DNA of 28,584 nt from a virus (taxonomy: Duplodnaviria; Caudoviricetes). The first letter of the stretch is position 1, and each line of letters begins with the position of its first letter. A program made the translations under genes and the position numbers. A model generated the notes under the pieces. The model worked only from the letters and a program-made list of their open reading frames with translations, did no database searches and was not told the origin of the DNA. Below are positions 17,063 through 24,703 of the stretch, piece by piece. The DNA lies in the IMG/VR virus record IMGVR_UViG_3300020045_002388, positions 1-28,584 of that record; one strand, given 5' to 3'.

Positions 17063-17125
17063 ATGAAACAAAAACTACAACAGCTCGAAAATTGGTTCGC
17101 TGAAATAGCGGAAAGGATTTTTTGA
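17063..17125 (+). CDS. 20-aa peptide MKQKLQQLENWFAEIAERIF (not in ORF track)
   Basis: AGGTG RBS; TGATG overlap with the next gene. Confidence 0.55.
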   Translation: MKQKLQQLENWFAEIAERIF

Positions 17126-17376
17126 TGAAAACAAAAACACTATCGCAGTTCTTATGCGACTATTTCAAAGACAGCGACCAAATACTCGTCAATGCTAAAT
17201 GGCTTCAAGCAAAGATTATCGAAGCGGTAAACACTGAAAGAACCATGAAGAATAAAATAAGTGAGCTTCAAGCGCAAGTCGATAGATTTAGTATTAAAAT
17301 TGATTCGCTAAAAGCTGAACGTATGATCGCAGAGTTACAAGCAAACGAAGTCTATAAACTAGACGTAAAGGCATAA
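17125..17376 (+). CDS. Hypothetical coiled-coil protein
   Basis: ATG 17125 after AAGGA. Confidence 0.6.
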   Translation: MKTKTLSQFLCDYFKDSDQILVNAKWLQAKIIEAVNTERTMKNKISELQAQVDRFSIKIDSLKAERMIAELQANEVYKLDVKA

Positions 17377-17377
17377 T

Positions 17378-17464
17378 ATGAACATAGACAACACAATAGC
17401 TGGTGCGGTGATCGTAGTTATCGCTTTGATTTATATTTACACATACTTGGAGGGTGAAAAATGA
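17378..17464 (+). CDS. 28-aa single-TM peptide MNIDNTIAGAVIVVIALIYIYTYLEGEK (not in ORF track)
   Basis: Fills the gap exactly; ATGA overlap with the next gene. Confidence 0.55.
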   Translation: MNIDNTIAGAVIVVIALIYIYTYLEGEK

Positions 17465-17904
17465 ACGAAAAACAAATGGTAGAAATGCAAAAGCATATTG
17501 AGGCGTTGCAAAAAGAAAACGAGCATTTAAAAGCTATTAGTGAAGATAATAATAAAATTATCATGATAAGATTAAACACTATCCGTAGCAAAAATATAGA
17601 ACTTGCTAAAAAGTCAAAACAATTCCGTATCATGATCGGTAGTTTCGTAATCGTGCTAACTTTTTTAGGCGTATGGATTTATGCGCTGTATTACGCAAAC
17701 AGTCTTTTAGCAACGGACAACCAAACAAAAGAGAACTGGAAGCGGTCAGCAGTCGAGTTGGATGGAAAGTACAACGATTTACAAGACGATATGAAAGCGC
17801 AAAAGAAAGCCTTTGAAGAATTAAGCAAAACGTGTACGACTGCACAAATTAAAAAAGCGGTTAAAAATACACCGCCTCCACCTATGGTAAAGGATATGAA
17901 ATGA
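17461..17904 (+). CDS. Membrane-anchored coiled-coil protein
   Basis: Central TM IMIGSFVIVLTFLGVWIYALYY flanked by coiled coils. Confidence 0.65.
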   Translation: MNEKQMVEMQKHIEALQKENEHLKAISEDNNKIIMIRLNTIRSKNIELAKKSKQFRIMIGSFVIVLTFLGVWIYALYYANSLLATDNQTKENWKRSAVELDGKYNDLQDDMKAQKKAFEELSKTCTTAQIKKAVKNTPPPPMVKDMK

Positions 17905-18311
17905 CTAAAGAAGATTTATTAAAAGAAGCATTTACTCAAAATAATGGAATTGAGGTTATTGAAGTAGAAGATATTGTGGAATTCTTCGAATCTAACATCT
18001 GTATTCCTAAAGGTGAGAATAGACACCCTTATGCTGATGTGCTACATGAATGGATTGAAGGTGTATTGATACAGTATCAAGACGTATGTGATGATACATT
18101 TAATGAACTTGCACACTCAATATCATTGCACTGTGCCAAATCATACCGCATCAAACCATCAGAGCCTATTTATGAATGGCAGTGGTATTGGTTAGACGAT
18201 GGGTTTAAACATATTTCAAATCAAAAAATGACTGAAGATGAAGCAAATAATTTTCACATTAGTAAAAACTGGCTATTCAAAGATGAAGAAACAAAGCAAG
18301 AGCGCAAGTGA
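17901..18311 (+). CDS. Hypothetical protein
   Basis: AAGGA RBS, ATGA overlap. Confidence 0.65.
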   Translation: MTKEDLLKEAFTQNNGIEVIEVEDIVEFFESNICIPKGENRHPYADVLHEWIEGVLIQYQDVCDDTFNELAHSISLHCAKSYRIKPSEPIYEWQWYWLDDGFKHISNQKMTEDEANNFHISKNWLFKDEETKQERK

Positions 18312-18568
18312 AAGCTAAACCTACTCACGGAGAAGCTTTTTACCAAAGAAAAAAGGCTTTTGAGTCAAACGAAACATCAGCGTTAAACATGAGATCGTTT
18401 GACACTATCCCACCACGTATGGGAAGAGCTAAAGCAGTCAAGTATTACACCGACAAGCTTCGCAAAGTTTTCGGAGTTGAAGCGGTAAATAGAAAAGATT
18501 ACGAGTTCGGAGAATACGATTACGATTGTTTCGAAGCTGAACGAATTTTAAATAAACTAAGGGGATAA
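18308..18568 (+). CDS. Hypothetical protein
   Basis: GTGA overlap within the operon. Confidence 0.6.
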   Translation: MKAKPTHGEAFYQRKKAFESNETSALNMRSFDTIPPRMGRAKAVKYYTDKLRKVFGVEAVNRKDYEFGEYDYDCFEAERILNKLRG

Positions 18569-18569
18569 G

Positions 18570-18755
18570 ATGGATACTTTAAAAAGAAACCTAATTGAGG
18601 CTATTATTGATGATTTAGTAGCTGATTTTTTTTATTATGATCGTAAAGAAGATGATGAGGTAACAGTGGACGATATGGAAAATCTAACTGATAATGATAT
18701 TGAGTTTATATGTGAAACTTTTACAAAAACTATACAAAAACATAAAGGGGAATAA
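18570..18755 (+). CDS. Small acidic hypothetical protein
   Basis: AGGGG RBS; Asp/Glu-rich. Confidence 0.6.
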   Translation: MDTLKRNLIEAIIDDLVADFFYYDRKEDDEVTVDDMENLTDNDIEFICETFTKTIQKHKGE

Positions 18756-19130
18756 ATGAAAACACAATTTACAGCATTTAACGCAAAGCTATTCGGACTA
18801 AAGCCATTTGGCAACGGATGCCGATTCGGTATTAAAATCAGCTCACGGAAGCAAGATGGAACGTACACAAATGGATTGTTTATCAACTGCAAACACAAAG
18901 AAATGCTATCAGCTGATACATTCTACACGCTAGAAGGCTTTTTAGGTGATAATGAATACAACGGCAATAACACGCTAGAGTTTATCGTCATGAACGCATC
19001 GCCATGCGATATGCCTACGCAAGAAAAGAAGCCGTATCAAGCACCTACGCCAACTTATGAACGCAAAGAGATGCCACAAAGAAACTCACTGCCTGAAATC
19101 GATATAAACGAAGATGAGATACCCTTCTAA
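18756..19130 (+). CDS. ssb: Single-stranded DNA-binding protein (divergent)
   Basis: OB-fold-sized N-terminus (K.DG.Y....FI.C...LEG.L....Y.G) and acidic tail DINEDEIPF. Confidence 0.7.
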   Translation: MKTQFTAFNAKLFGLKPFGNGCRFGIKISSRKQDGTYTNGLFINCKHKEMLSADTFYTLEGFLGDNEYNGNNTLEFIVMNASPCDMPTQEKKPYQAPTPTYERKEMPQRNSLPEIDINEDEIPF

Positions 19131-19147
19131 TATACCTTTAGTATTCT

Positions 19148-19169
19148 TTAAGGTTTATAATGTTATACT
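19148..19169 (+). promoter_or_regulatory. Putative promoter
   Basis: TTAAG (19148)-N11-TATACT (19164) with TGn extension. Confidence 0.65.
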
Positions 19170-19199
19170 TTTCCTATCAAAACAAAAGAGGTGAAGAAG

Positions 19200-19433
19200 A
19201 TGGGAAAGGTAACAGAAAACAAAAACTACAAAGTACACTTGCTTGGTAAGAAGTTAAATATAGATGGTTTTAAAGTAAATCAGCCAAAATGCTCAAATAA
19301 AATAAGTATAGGTTCTTTTACTTGTTCTCTTAATATTGCCGATGTAACTTGTAAAGCTTGTTTATCAAAAATTAAATCTTTACAATCAAGCCAAAAAGGT
19401 TTAAAAATTCTTGCTGAAATGGGGGTAAAGTAA
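19200..19433 (+). CDS. Hypothetical Zn-binding protein
   Basis: Start moved to ATG 19200 after GAGGTG; H...C...VTCKAC motif. Confidence 0.6.
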   Translation: MGKVTENKNYKVHLLGKKLNIDGFKVNQPKCSNKISIGSFTCSLNIADVTCKACLSKIKSLQSSQKGLKILAEMGVK

Positions 19434-19561
19434 TGCAACTAAAGCTAACCACAGAAGTACACGCAAAGCTTAAAGAGATGAGTGAGGCATTAAATATGCC
19501 TATGGCTCAATGTGTGAATATGCTTGTAAACCAATGGCTTAAAGAAAATAAAGGAGGATAA
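19433..19561 (+). CDS. Ribbon-helix-helix (Arc/CopG-like) regulator, 42 aa (not in ORF track)
   Basis: MQLKLTTEVHAKLKEMSEALNMPMAQCVNMLV: an alternating beta strand then two helices; TAATG overlap. Confidence 0.6.
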   Translation: MQLKLTTEVHAKLKEMSEALNMPMAQCVNMLVNQWLKENKGG

Positions 19562-19753
19562 ATGAATGAATACACCCCCCCTGAACTTATCAAAGATTTA
19601 GGAATGAAATTAACGGCAAACACTTCAAAAAAGAAGCGTTTCGGACTGTATAAATGCTTTTGCGGTCAAGAGTTCGAGGCGTACACCAATAACGTAGCAA
19701 TCGGTGGTACCAAGTCATGCGGATGTTTGCGGAAGAATAGGGGTAAAAAATGA
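19562..19753 (+). CDS. Stand-alone CxCG...KSCGC Zn-binding domain protein
   Basis: AGGAGG RBS; motif usually found at the N-terminus of HNH/AP2 endonucleases. Confidence 0.6.
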   Translation: MNEYTPPELIKDLGMKLTANTSKKKRFGLYKCFCGQEFEAYTNNVAIGGTKSCGCLRKNRGKK

Positions 19754-20106
19754 AACAAACTGAACATGATGAGCAAGTAAAATTGTTCCAATGGGCAAAG
19801 GCTCAAAGTGGTAAACACCCTCAACTCTCTATGATGTTTGCCATTCCTAACGGTGGACAGCGTAATATCGTAACCGCTACAAAGTTAAAAGCGGAAGGCG
19901 TAAAAAGTGGAGTGCCTGATATATTTTTGGCATTCCCATCCAATACTGCACATGGATTATTTATTGAAATGAAATCTAAAAAAGGTAAAATATCCGAAAA
20001 TCAAAAAGAGTGGATAGGTGCACTATCGTCTAGTGGGTATTTATGCGTAATATGCTATTCATTTATGGAAGCTCAACAAGTAATTATAAAATACTTAGAC
20101 ATATGA
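19750..20106 (+). CDS. VRR-NUC nuclease (resolvase-like)
   Basis: EH.EQ, AIPNGG.R, GV..GVPD, FIEMK, S..Q..W motifs. Confidence 0.9.
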   Translation: MKQTEHDEQVKLFQWAKAQSGKHPQLSMMFAIPNGGQRNIVTATKLKAEGVKSGVPDIFLAFPSNTAHGLFIEMKSKKGKISENQKEWIGALSSSGYLCVICYSFMEAQQVIIKYLDI

Positions 20107-20285
20107 AACAATGCGCCAAATGCACAGAAACGAAGCCACAAAGCGAATACCCAAAGCGAGGCTTAGGATTACGTGCGCAGTGTAAAAGTTGCTACTACAC
20201 CGCTAAAAACGCTAGACGACGAAAACCAAGCAAACAAGAGCGCATCGAAAGAATACGTGTGGCGATAAATAGCATTAAAACATAA
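20103..20285 (+). CDS. Small CxxC...CxxC Zn-finger protein
   Basis: Start moved to ATG 20103 (ATGA overlap); resembles the N-terminus of the 24704 endonuclease. Confidence 0.6.
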   Translation: MKQCAKCTETKPQSEYPKRGLGLRAQCKSCYYTAKNARRRKPSKQERIERIRVAINSIKT

Positions 20286-20341
20286 CACACTTTATACTTA
20301 ATTAAGCTAAACAATGCTACTATTTTAAATACCAATGGAGG
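20276..20341 (+). repeat. 66-bp perfect direct repeat, copy 2 (promoter + RBS)
   Basis: Identical to 14609-14674. Confidence 0.95.
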
Positions 20342-20349
20342 AGAATAAG

Positions 20350-20601
20350 ATGAAAGAAAAATTGTTTGAGATTATCTCAAATAACAAAGGCTATGCGCTT
20401 TTTGAGAAGATAGAAAAATTAATCAATGATGAAAAATTCATTACTGAAAAAGAAATGGCTATTGTTGCGGATGCTAATCTAATATCATTAATGAATATTA
20501 TAAATAATGCAGGGTGGGATACAAAAGAAAACCACTCAAGAGTTATTGATATGATTCGTCAATCATCCAGAATATATGATATTTATTTAGAGGGAGAATA
20601 A
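20350..20601 (+). CDS. Hypothetical protein
   Basis: Start moved to ATG 20350 after GGAGGAG. Confidence 0.65.
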   Translation: MKEKLFEIISNNKGYALFEKIEKLINDEKFITEKEMAIVADANLISLMNIINNAGWDTKENHSRVIDMIRQSSRIYDIYLEGE

Positions 20602-20602
20602 G

Positions 20603-20932
20603 ATGATTAGTAAATTATTGGCGGAAGCGGTACTAGATCAACAGGGTCGTATCAGTACGGCACAAGATAGCGGTAATGAGGTAGCTTTCTATGGTAAAGA
20701 AAGTGAGTTTTTAGGAACTTATAACATCTACGAGCTAGCTCATAAGTGTAAAGAGTGGGCATTCTATAATGGAGGGTATGAAGTTAGCTCTCTATTTCGT
20801 GATTATGGCGGTCAAATAGGGGTTGCTAGTATCACTCAAGGAACTTATAAAATACTTTTTAGTGACCATGAATATACAGAACCAGAAGCAATCTTCAAAG
20901 CTTGTCAATGGATTTTAGACAGTAATGACTGA
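20603..20932 (+). CDS. Hypothetical protein
   Basis: GGGAG RBS; ends TEPEAIFKACQWIL. Confidence 0.65.
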   Translation: MISKLLAEAVLDQQGRISTAQDSGNEVAFYGKESEFLGTYNIYELAHKCKEWAFYNGGYEVSSLFRDYGGQIGVASITQGTYKILFSDHEYTEPEAIFKACQWILDSND

Positions 20933-21146
20933 AGAAAATAAAAAGAACTTACTTCAAATAAGGCTATTTGATTTAGAGATTGCATTAGCAGATGTGATTG
21001 TACAAAATACTTCATTAAATGAGGAATTGCTAAAAGAAAGAGTAAGCAATAATATGCGTATCAAGAAAATTAGCGAATTAATGAAAGTAGTACAAACCTA
21101 TCATAGCTACAACAATGACATATATAAATCAATGAGTAATGAATAA
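20925..21146 (+). CDS. Hypothetical coiled-coil protein
   Basis: Overlapping ORF within the operon. Confidence 0.55.
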   Translation: MTEENKKNLLQIRLFDLEIALADVIVQNTSLNEELLKERVSNNMRIKKISELMKVVQTYHSYNNDIYKSMSNE

Positions 21147-21166
21147 ATATAAACTAAAGGATAGTC

Positions 21167-21490
21167 ATGTTAAGTAAAGCTGAACAACTCAAACGCCATG
21201 CGCCACTAAAACAAAAACCGTTTAAAAGCAAAGCGTATTTAAAATGGTTTCATAATCAAAACTTAGGCTGTCTAGTATGTGGACTTAAAGGCGTACAAGC
21301 TCACCACGTACACAGAGGGTCAAGTGGTAGACCTGACGATTCAATCGTGCCGTTGTGCCACTTCCACCACACAAGTACAGCTTTTAGCGCACACGGTACA
21401 GACGCTAAGAAGTTTAACGAGCAGTATCCAAAAGAAATGCTTTTAGAGATAGCACAAAAACTTTACAATGAATATAAGGGGAATAAATGA
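21167..21490 (+). CDS. DUF968-like HNH-type Zn-binding nuclease
   Basis: YL.W.....CLVCG.....AHH.........D...VPLC..HH.....H motif. Confidence 0.7.
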   Translation: MLSKAEQLKRHAPLKQKPFKSKAYLKWFHNQNLGCLVCGLKGVQAHHVHRGSSGRPDDSIVPLCHFHHTSTAFSAHGTDAKKFNEQYPKEMLLEIAQKLYNEYKGNK

Positions 21491-21705
21491 ACGGTGAAAT
21501 TACATATACATTTTCAAGAGCATTGCATTTGATGCGTTATGGTGGTAAATTTGTAGCATTAGATGGTAATACTGCTGAGAGATTTTATATTCAAGATGAC
21601 ACTTTGTTTCGTTCCATAAAAACAAATGGTGAGTGGGATTATGGATGGAAATGTAATGGTCTTCCTGATAGCTATATCATGGGTTCATGGGTAGAAGTAA
21701 AATGA
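21487..21705 (+). CDS. Hypothetical protein
   Basis: AAGGGG RBS, ATGA overlap. Confidence 0.6.
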   Translation: MNGEITYTFSRALHLMRYGGKFVALDGNTAERFYIQDDTLFRSIKTNGEWDYGWKCNGLPDSYIMGSWVEVK

Positions 21706-21959
21706 AAAGCATTAAATACCTATATGAAATGGACTCTATGGCTCACCTATTCACAGAAGATGAGTTAGTAACTATCCATAAGTACATAGATACGCACATT
21801 CAAAGAGCAGAACATTTAATCCAATTAGGCTCAATGAACACAGCTATGGAAGTATCAAAGGATAGAGGCGTAGATTTATTTGGCGCACAAAGTATGGTTA
21901 TGAAGAAGAGAGCGGATGCGATTTTATTTTGGGAAGAGAAAAAGAAGGAGATACAATGA
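21702..21959 (+). CDS. Hypothetical protein
   Basis: Start moved to the ATGA overlap at 21702. Confidence 0.55.
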   Translation: MKSIKYLYEMDSMAHLFTEDELVTIHKYIDTHIQRAEHLIQLGSMNTAMEVSKDRGVDLFGAQSMVMKKRADAILFWEEKKKEIQ

Positions 21960-22219
21960 AAGAGCTTAAAGCGTTAGAGATATTGAAGAAAAAACTACTA
22001 TTGATAAGCAAGAGTAGCGAAGTGCATCAGGAATATGTAGATGCCATTGCAGAACTCGAAGCACTACAAGCACCTAAAACATGTGATGGATGTGAATATG
22101 CAGGATATTCGATTAGCGAAATGTGTGGTACTTGTAGTTGTAAATATGACTGTACTCGTATGAAGATGGCTAAAGCTAAGCTGTATCCTGATATGTATAA
22201 AACTAAGGCTCAACAATGA
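21956..22219 (+). CDS. Cys-rich hypothetical protein
   Basis: Start moved to ATG 21956 after AAGGAG; TCDGCEY...C..C.C...C. Confidence 0.6.
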   Translation: MKELKALEILKKKLLLISKSSEVHQEYVDAIAELEALQAPKTCDGCEYAGYSISEMCGTCSCKYDCTRMKMAKAKLYPDMYKTKAQQ

Positions 22220-22404
22220 CCTATGATAAATACTGTAAAGATATGCGTAAATTTAAACAAGTCCCAATGGATGAGGTCGCATTTAATCTTATGATGAATA
22301 TCGGAGAGGAAAGAATAGAGCCTCTTGTTATCACTCCAAAGAATCAACAAAAGCCGATGAAGCCTACTATTGAAAACTATCATAAACTTAACATGGGGCA
22401 ATAA
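22216..22404 (+). CDS. Hypothetical protein
   Basis: Overlapping ORF within the operon. Confidence 0.5.
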   Translation: MTYDKYCKDMRKFKQVPMDEVAFNLMMNIGEERIEPLVITPKNQQKPMKPTIENYHKLNMGQ

Positions 22405-22697
22405 TGATAAAAGACATTCACGTACTAACCCTTCAAGATTATGGAATGACAAAAGGTGAAGCTACACGTATTTTTCAAGCATTAACACGTTATATTACAC
22501 CCCACCATGTGCAAGTTGTTAGACCAGTAATATTAAAAAATAAATTAACTGACACTACAATGACGCTAAGAGCATTTAAGCTCTCTGATATTGATAAGAT
22601 AGTACAATATAGGTTAATTAATCTAGGGCGCTCAAAGCTATCCAATTGGATTCATTTAGCACGATTAGTTGAGGCTTTTAAAAAATGTCAAGATTAG
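22404..22697 (+). CDS. Hypothetical protein
   Basis: TAATG overlap. Confidence 0.55.
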   Translation: MIKDIHVLTLQDYGMTKGEATRIFQALTRYITPHHVQVVRPVILKNKLTDTTMTLRAFKLSDIDKIVQYRLINLGRSKLSNWIHLARLVEAFKKCQD

Positions 22698-23143
22698 TAT
22701 CTCCCGAATATGCCGCTGAGGTATTAAGCACTACAACTAACGCTTTAATGACTATGGCGTGTTTACGTAAGCGTGAAGATGGTGTTTACCCATTATGGTA
22801 CATAAGCGATGGTAAACGTGGCTCAAATATAGCTTTTGTCGATCTTGATATTATTGAGCGTAACAACCAAATACGAAAGAAAGCATGGCTATACGCTACT
22901 GATAACCTATATTGGCTATTAGAAGCAATAGAGGGATATTCTATGCAGTATTTTGCTGATTTACTTGCCGAAAAAACAGAGTATAGTGCTAATTCGTGGG
23001 CTATGTGGCTATCTCGTGATGCTTGGAGCTTACCAATAGGTAACGTTTACGAGCTAAAACAAAATAGGCTATTCGATTTTATCCGTATAACTACTAGATG
23101 GGTATATGATAATCGTAGCACTATAAAATATACTGAATACTAA
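22685..23143 (+). CDS. Hypothetical protein, possible N-terminal HTH
   Basis: LVSPEYAAEVL...T..L pattern resembles an AlpA/Xis-like HTH start. Confidence 0.5.
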   Translation: MSRLVSPEYAAEVLSTTTNALMTMACLRKREDGVYPLWYISDGKRGSNIAFVDLDIIERNNQIRKKAWLYATDNLYWLLEAIEGYSMQYFADLLAEKTEYSANSWAMWLSRDAWSLPIGNVYELKQNRLFDFIRITTRWVYDNRSTIKYTEY

Positions 23144-23156
23144 AAAAGGATGAGTT

Positions 23157-23435
23157 ATGAGCCAAGCATTTAGAAACATGAGGGAAGAGTTTGAGGCTGA
23201 TTACAACTTAGATTCTAGCCTTAATGATATGGTGAATAACCCACCGCATTATAATCAAGGCGGTATTGAAACAATCGACTATATGAAAGCATACTCAACG
23301 CATGAAGAATTTTGCGGTCATTTACGATTGACAGCGATTAAGTATTTATCACGTACTGGCAAGAAAGATGACCATTTACAAGATATTAAAAAATCACAAT
23401 GGTATATAAACAAATTAATAACGGAGATGGAATAA
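23157..23435 (+). CDS. DUF3310 protein (T7 gp1.7 nucleotide kinase-like)
   Basis: D.VN.P.HY..G.IE.ID.......IKYL.R.GKK....D.KK..WY motif. Confidence 0.85.
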   Translation: MSQAFRNMREEFEADYNLDSSLNDMVNNPPHYNQGGIETIDYMKAYSTHEEFCGHLRLTAIKYLSRTGKKDDHLQDIKKSQWYINKLITEME

Positions 23436-23605
23436 TGCCACTAATTTACGAAACACTACAATACAACGAACTAAACATGGAAAAAGCAGTAATTGAGTAC
23501 AACAAAAAGTTAAGTGTATCAGCTTTAGAAATTGCCACTAAGCACAATGTGCCAGTGGGTGAATTGCACAAAGAATACGCCGCATTTTGTAATAAAAAAA
23601 GTTAG
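23435..23605 (+). CDS. Small hypothetical protein
   Basis: Start moved to the TAATG overlap at 23435. Confidence 0.5.
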   Translation: MPLIYETLQYNELNMEKAVIEYNKKLSVSALEIATKHNVPVGELHKEYAAFCNKKS

Positions 23606-23607
23606 TT

Positions 23608-23629
23608 TTATATTTAAAAAGAGTATAAT
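23608..23629 (+). promoter_or_regulatory. Putative promoter upstream of the packaging region
   Basis: TATAAT at 23624 in an AT-rich intergenic gap. Confidence 0.45.
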
Positions 23630-23658
23630 GTAACACTTAAAATCCAAAAGGTAACCGT

Positions 23659-23877
23659 ATGGATATTGTCGATAAGTTCTATTTAGTATGTGAACTGTTC
23701 GATGATGACCTATATGCTGTATCTTTGGAGCTAAAAAAGAATGGGGTTGAAGCTAGACCTTCAAAGATAATGAAAAACATATCTAACTTATTTTTAAATA
23801 AATACATCACACAGATAGATACTATGTATTTACAGAGGATAAACAATGAACCCACAGTCACTGCTCAACAAGATTGA
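23659..23877 (+). CDS. Hypothetical protein
   Basis: AAGGT RBS. Confidence 0.55.
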   Translation: MDIVDKFYLVCELFDDDLYAVSLELKKNGVEARPSKIMKNISNLFLNKYITQIDTMYLQRINNEPTVTAQQD

Positions 23878-24037
23878 ATATCTAGAAGCTACAATAAAAT
23901 CAATGCGTGACAATACAATAGATGATGCTAGACTCATTCAAGAGCTAGACTTTAAGATAGCACGTAGAGATGTAATCATTCGGTTCTTAGCTACTGGAAA
24001 AGCTGATGAAGTCGGTGAGCCTATTGTGAGGGAGTAA
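23846..24037 (+). CDS. Hypothetical protein
   Basis: GAGGA RBS. Confidence 0.55.
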   Translation: MNPQSLLNKIEYLEATIKSMRDNTIDDARLIQELDFKIARRDVIIRFLATGKADEVGEPIVRE

Positions 24038-24040
24038 AAT

Positions 24041-24235
24041 ATGTTAAAAACAGATGATATTAATAAGTGGATATTTGAACAGGAAAAAAAAGTACAAGAA
24101 GAAAAAATACAATTTGAATTAGATAAGATTAAGTATGAATCATTTAATAGACAATTAAATCTTTATACTGAGCTTTTTTGTATTCAACAAAAACAAATAA
24201 TATTTGGGTTGTTTTTTGGTGGGGCAAATAGATGA
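24041..24235 (+). CDS. Hypothetical protein
   Basis: GGGAG RBS; AT-rich. Confidence 0.5.
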   Translation: MLKTDDINKWIFEQEKKVQEEKIQFELDKIKYESFNRQLNLYTELFCIQQKQIIFGLFFGGANR

Positions 24236-24612
24236 AGTCTTTAACTCAAAAACAAGAAAATTTCTGCCTAGCATATATAAAGACTGGCAATGCAAGTGAG
24301 GCATACAGACAAGCATATAACGCCGAGAAGATGAAGGCCGCTACTATTACAAGTAAAGCATATGAGTTAATGCAGAACGGTGAGGTCACGGCTATGATAG
24401 ACAAGCTAAAAGCAAGAGCAGAATCTAAGGCTATTATAACCCTAGAACAGCGTAAAGAATTACTAAGTAGATTTGCATGGGAAGAAGAAACAGATAAGTC
24501 TATTAAAGCTATCGACTTACTCAATAAGATGGATGGTATCTACATTCAGAAGAACCAAACTGAACATAGTGGTGCAGTAGGTGTCACATTCCAAATAGAC
24601 TTGGGCGAGTAA
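24232..24612 (+). CDS. terS: Terminase small subunit
   Basis: LT.KQE.FC..Y...GNASEAYR.AY motif; KAIDLLNKMDG. Confidence 0.9.
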   Translation: MKSLTQKQENFCLAYIKTGNASEAYRQAYNAEKMKAATITSKAYELMQNGEVTAMIDKLKARAESKAIITLEQRKELLSRFAWEEETDKSIKAIDLLNKMDGIYIQKNQTEHSGAVGVTFQIDLGE

Positions 24613-24614
24613 TG

Positions 24615-24623
24615 TGGTATAAT
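24615..24623 (+). promoter_or_regulatory. Extended -10 promoter
   Basis: TGgTATAAT immediately after the terS stop. Confidence 0.65.
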
Positions 24624-24630
24624 TATGATG

Positions 24631-24697
24631 TTAGAGATTGACAGAGGTGATGGACACTCCACGCCCCGTCACTTCTTTCAAATTCTAGGCGTGGAGG
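24631..24697 (+). promoter_or_regulatory. RBS-sequestering RNA structure (hairpin plus loop-RBS pairing)
   Basis: Hairpin 24631-24688; loop ctccacgcc (24657-65) is perfectly complementary to ggcgtggag (24688-96), which overlaps GGAGG. Confidence 0.65.
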
Positions 24698-24703
24698 CCA
24701 AAG

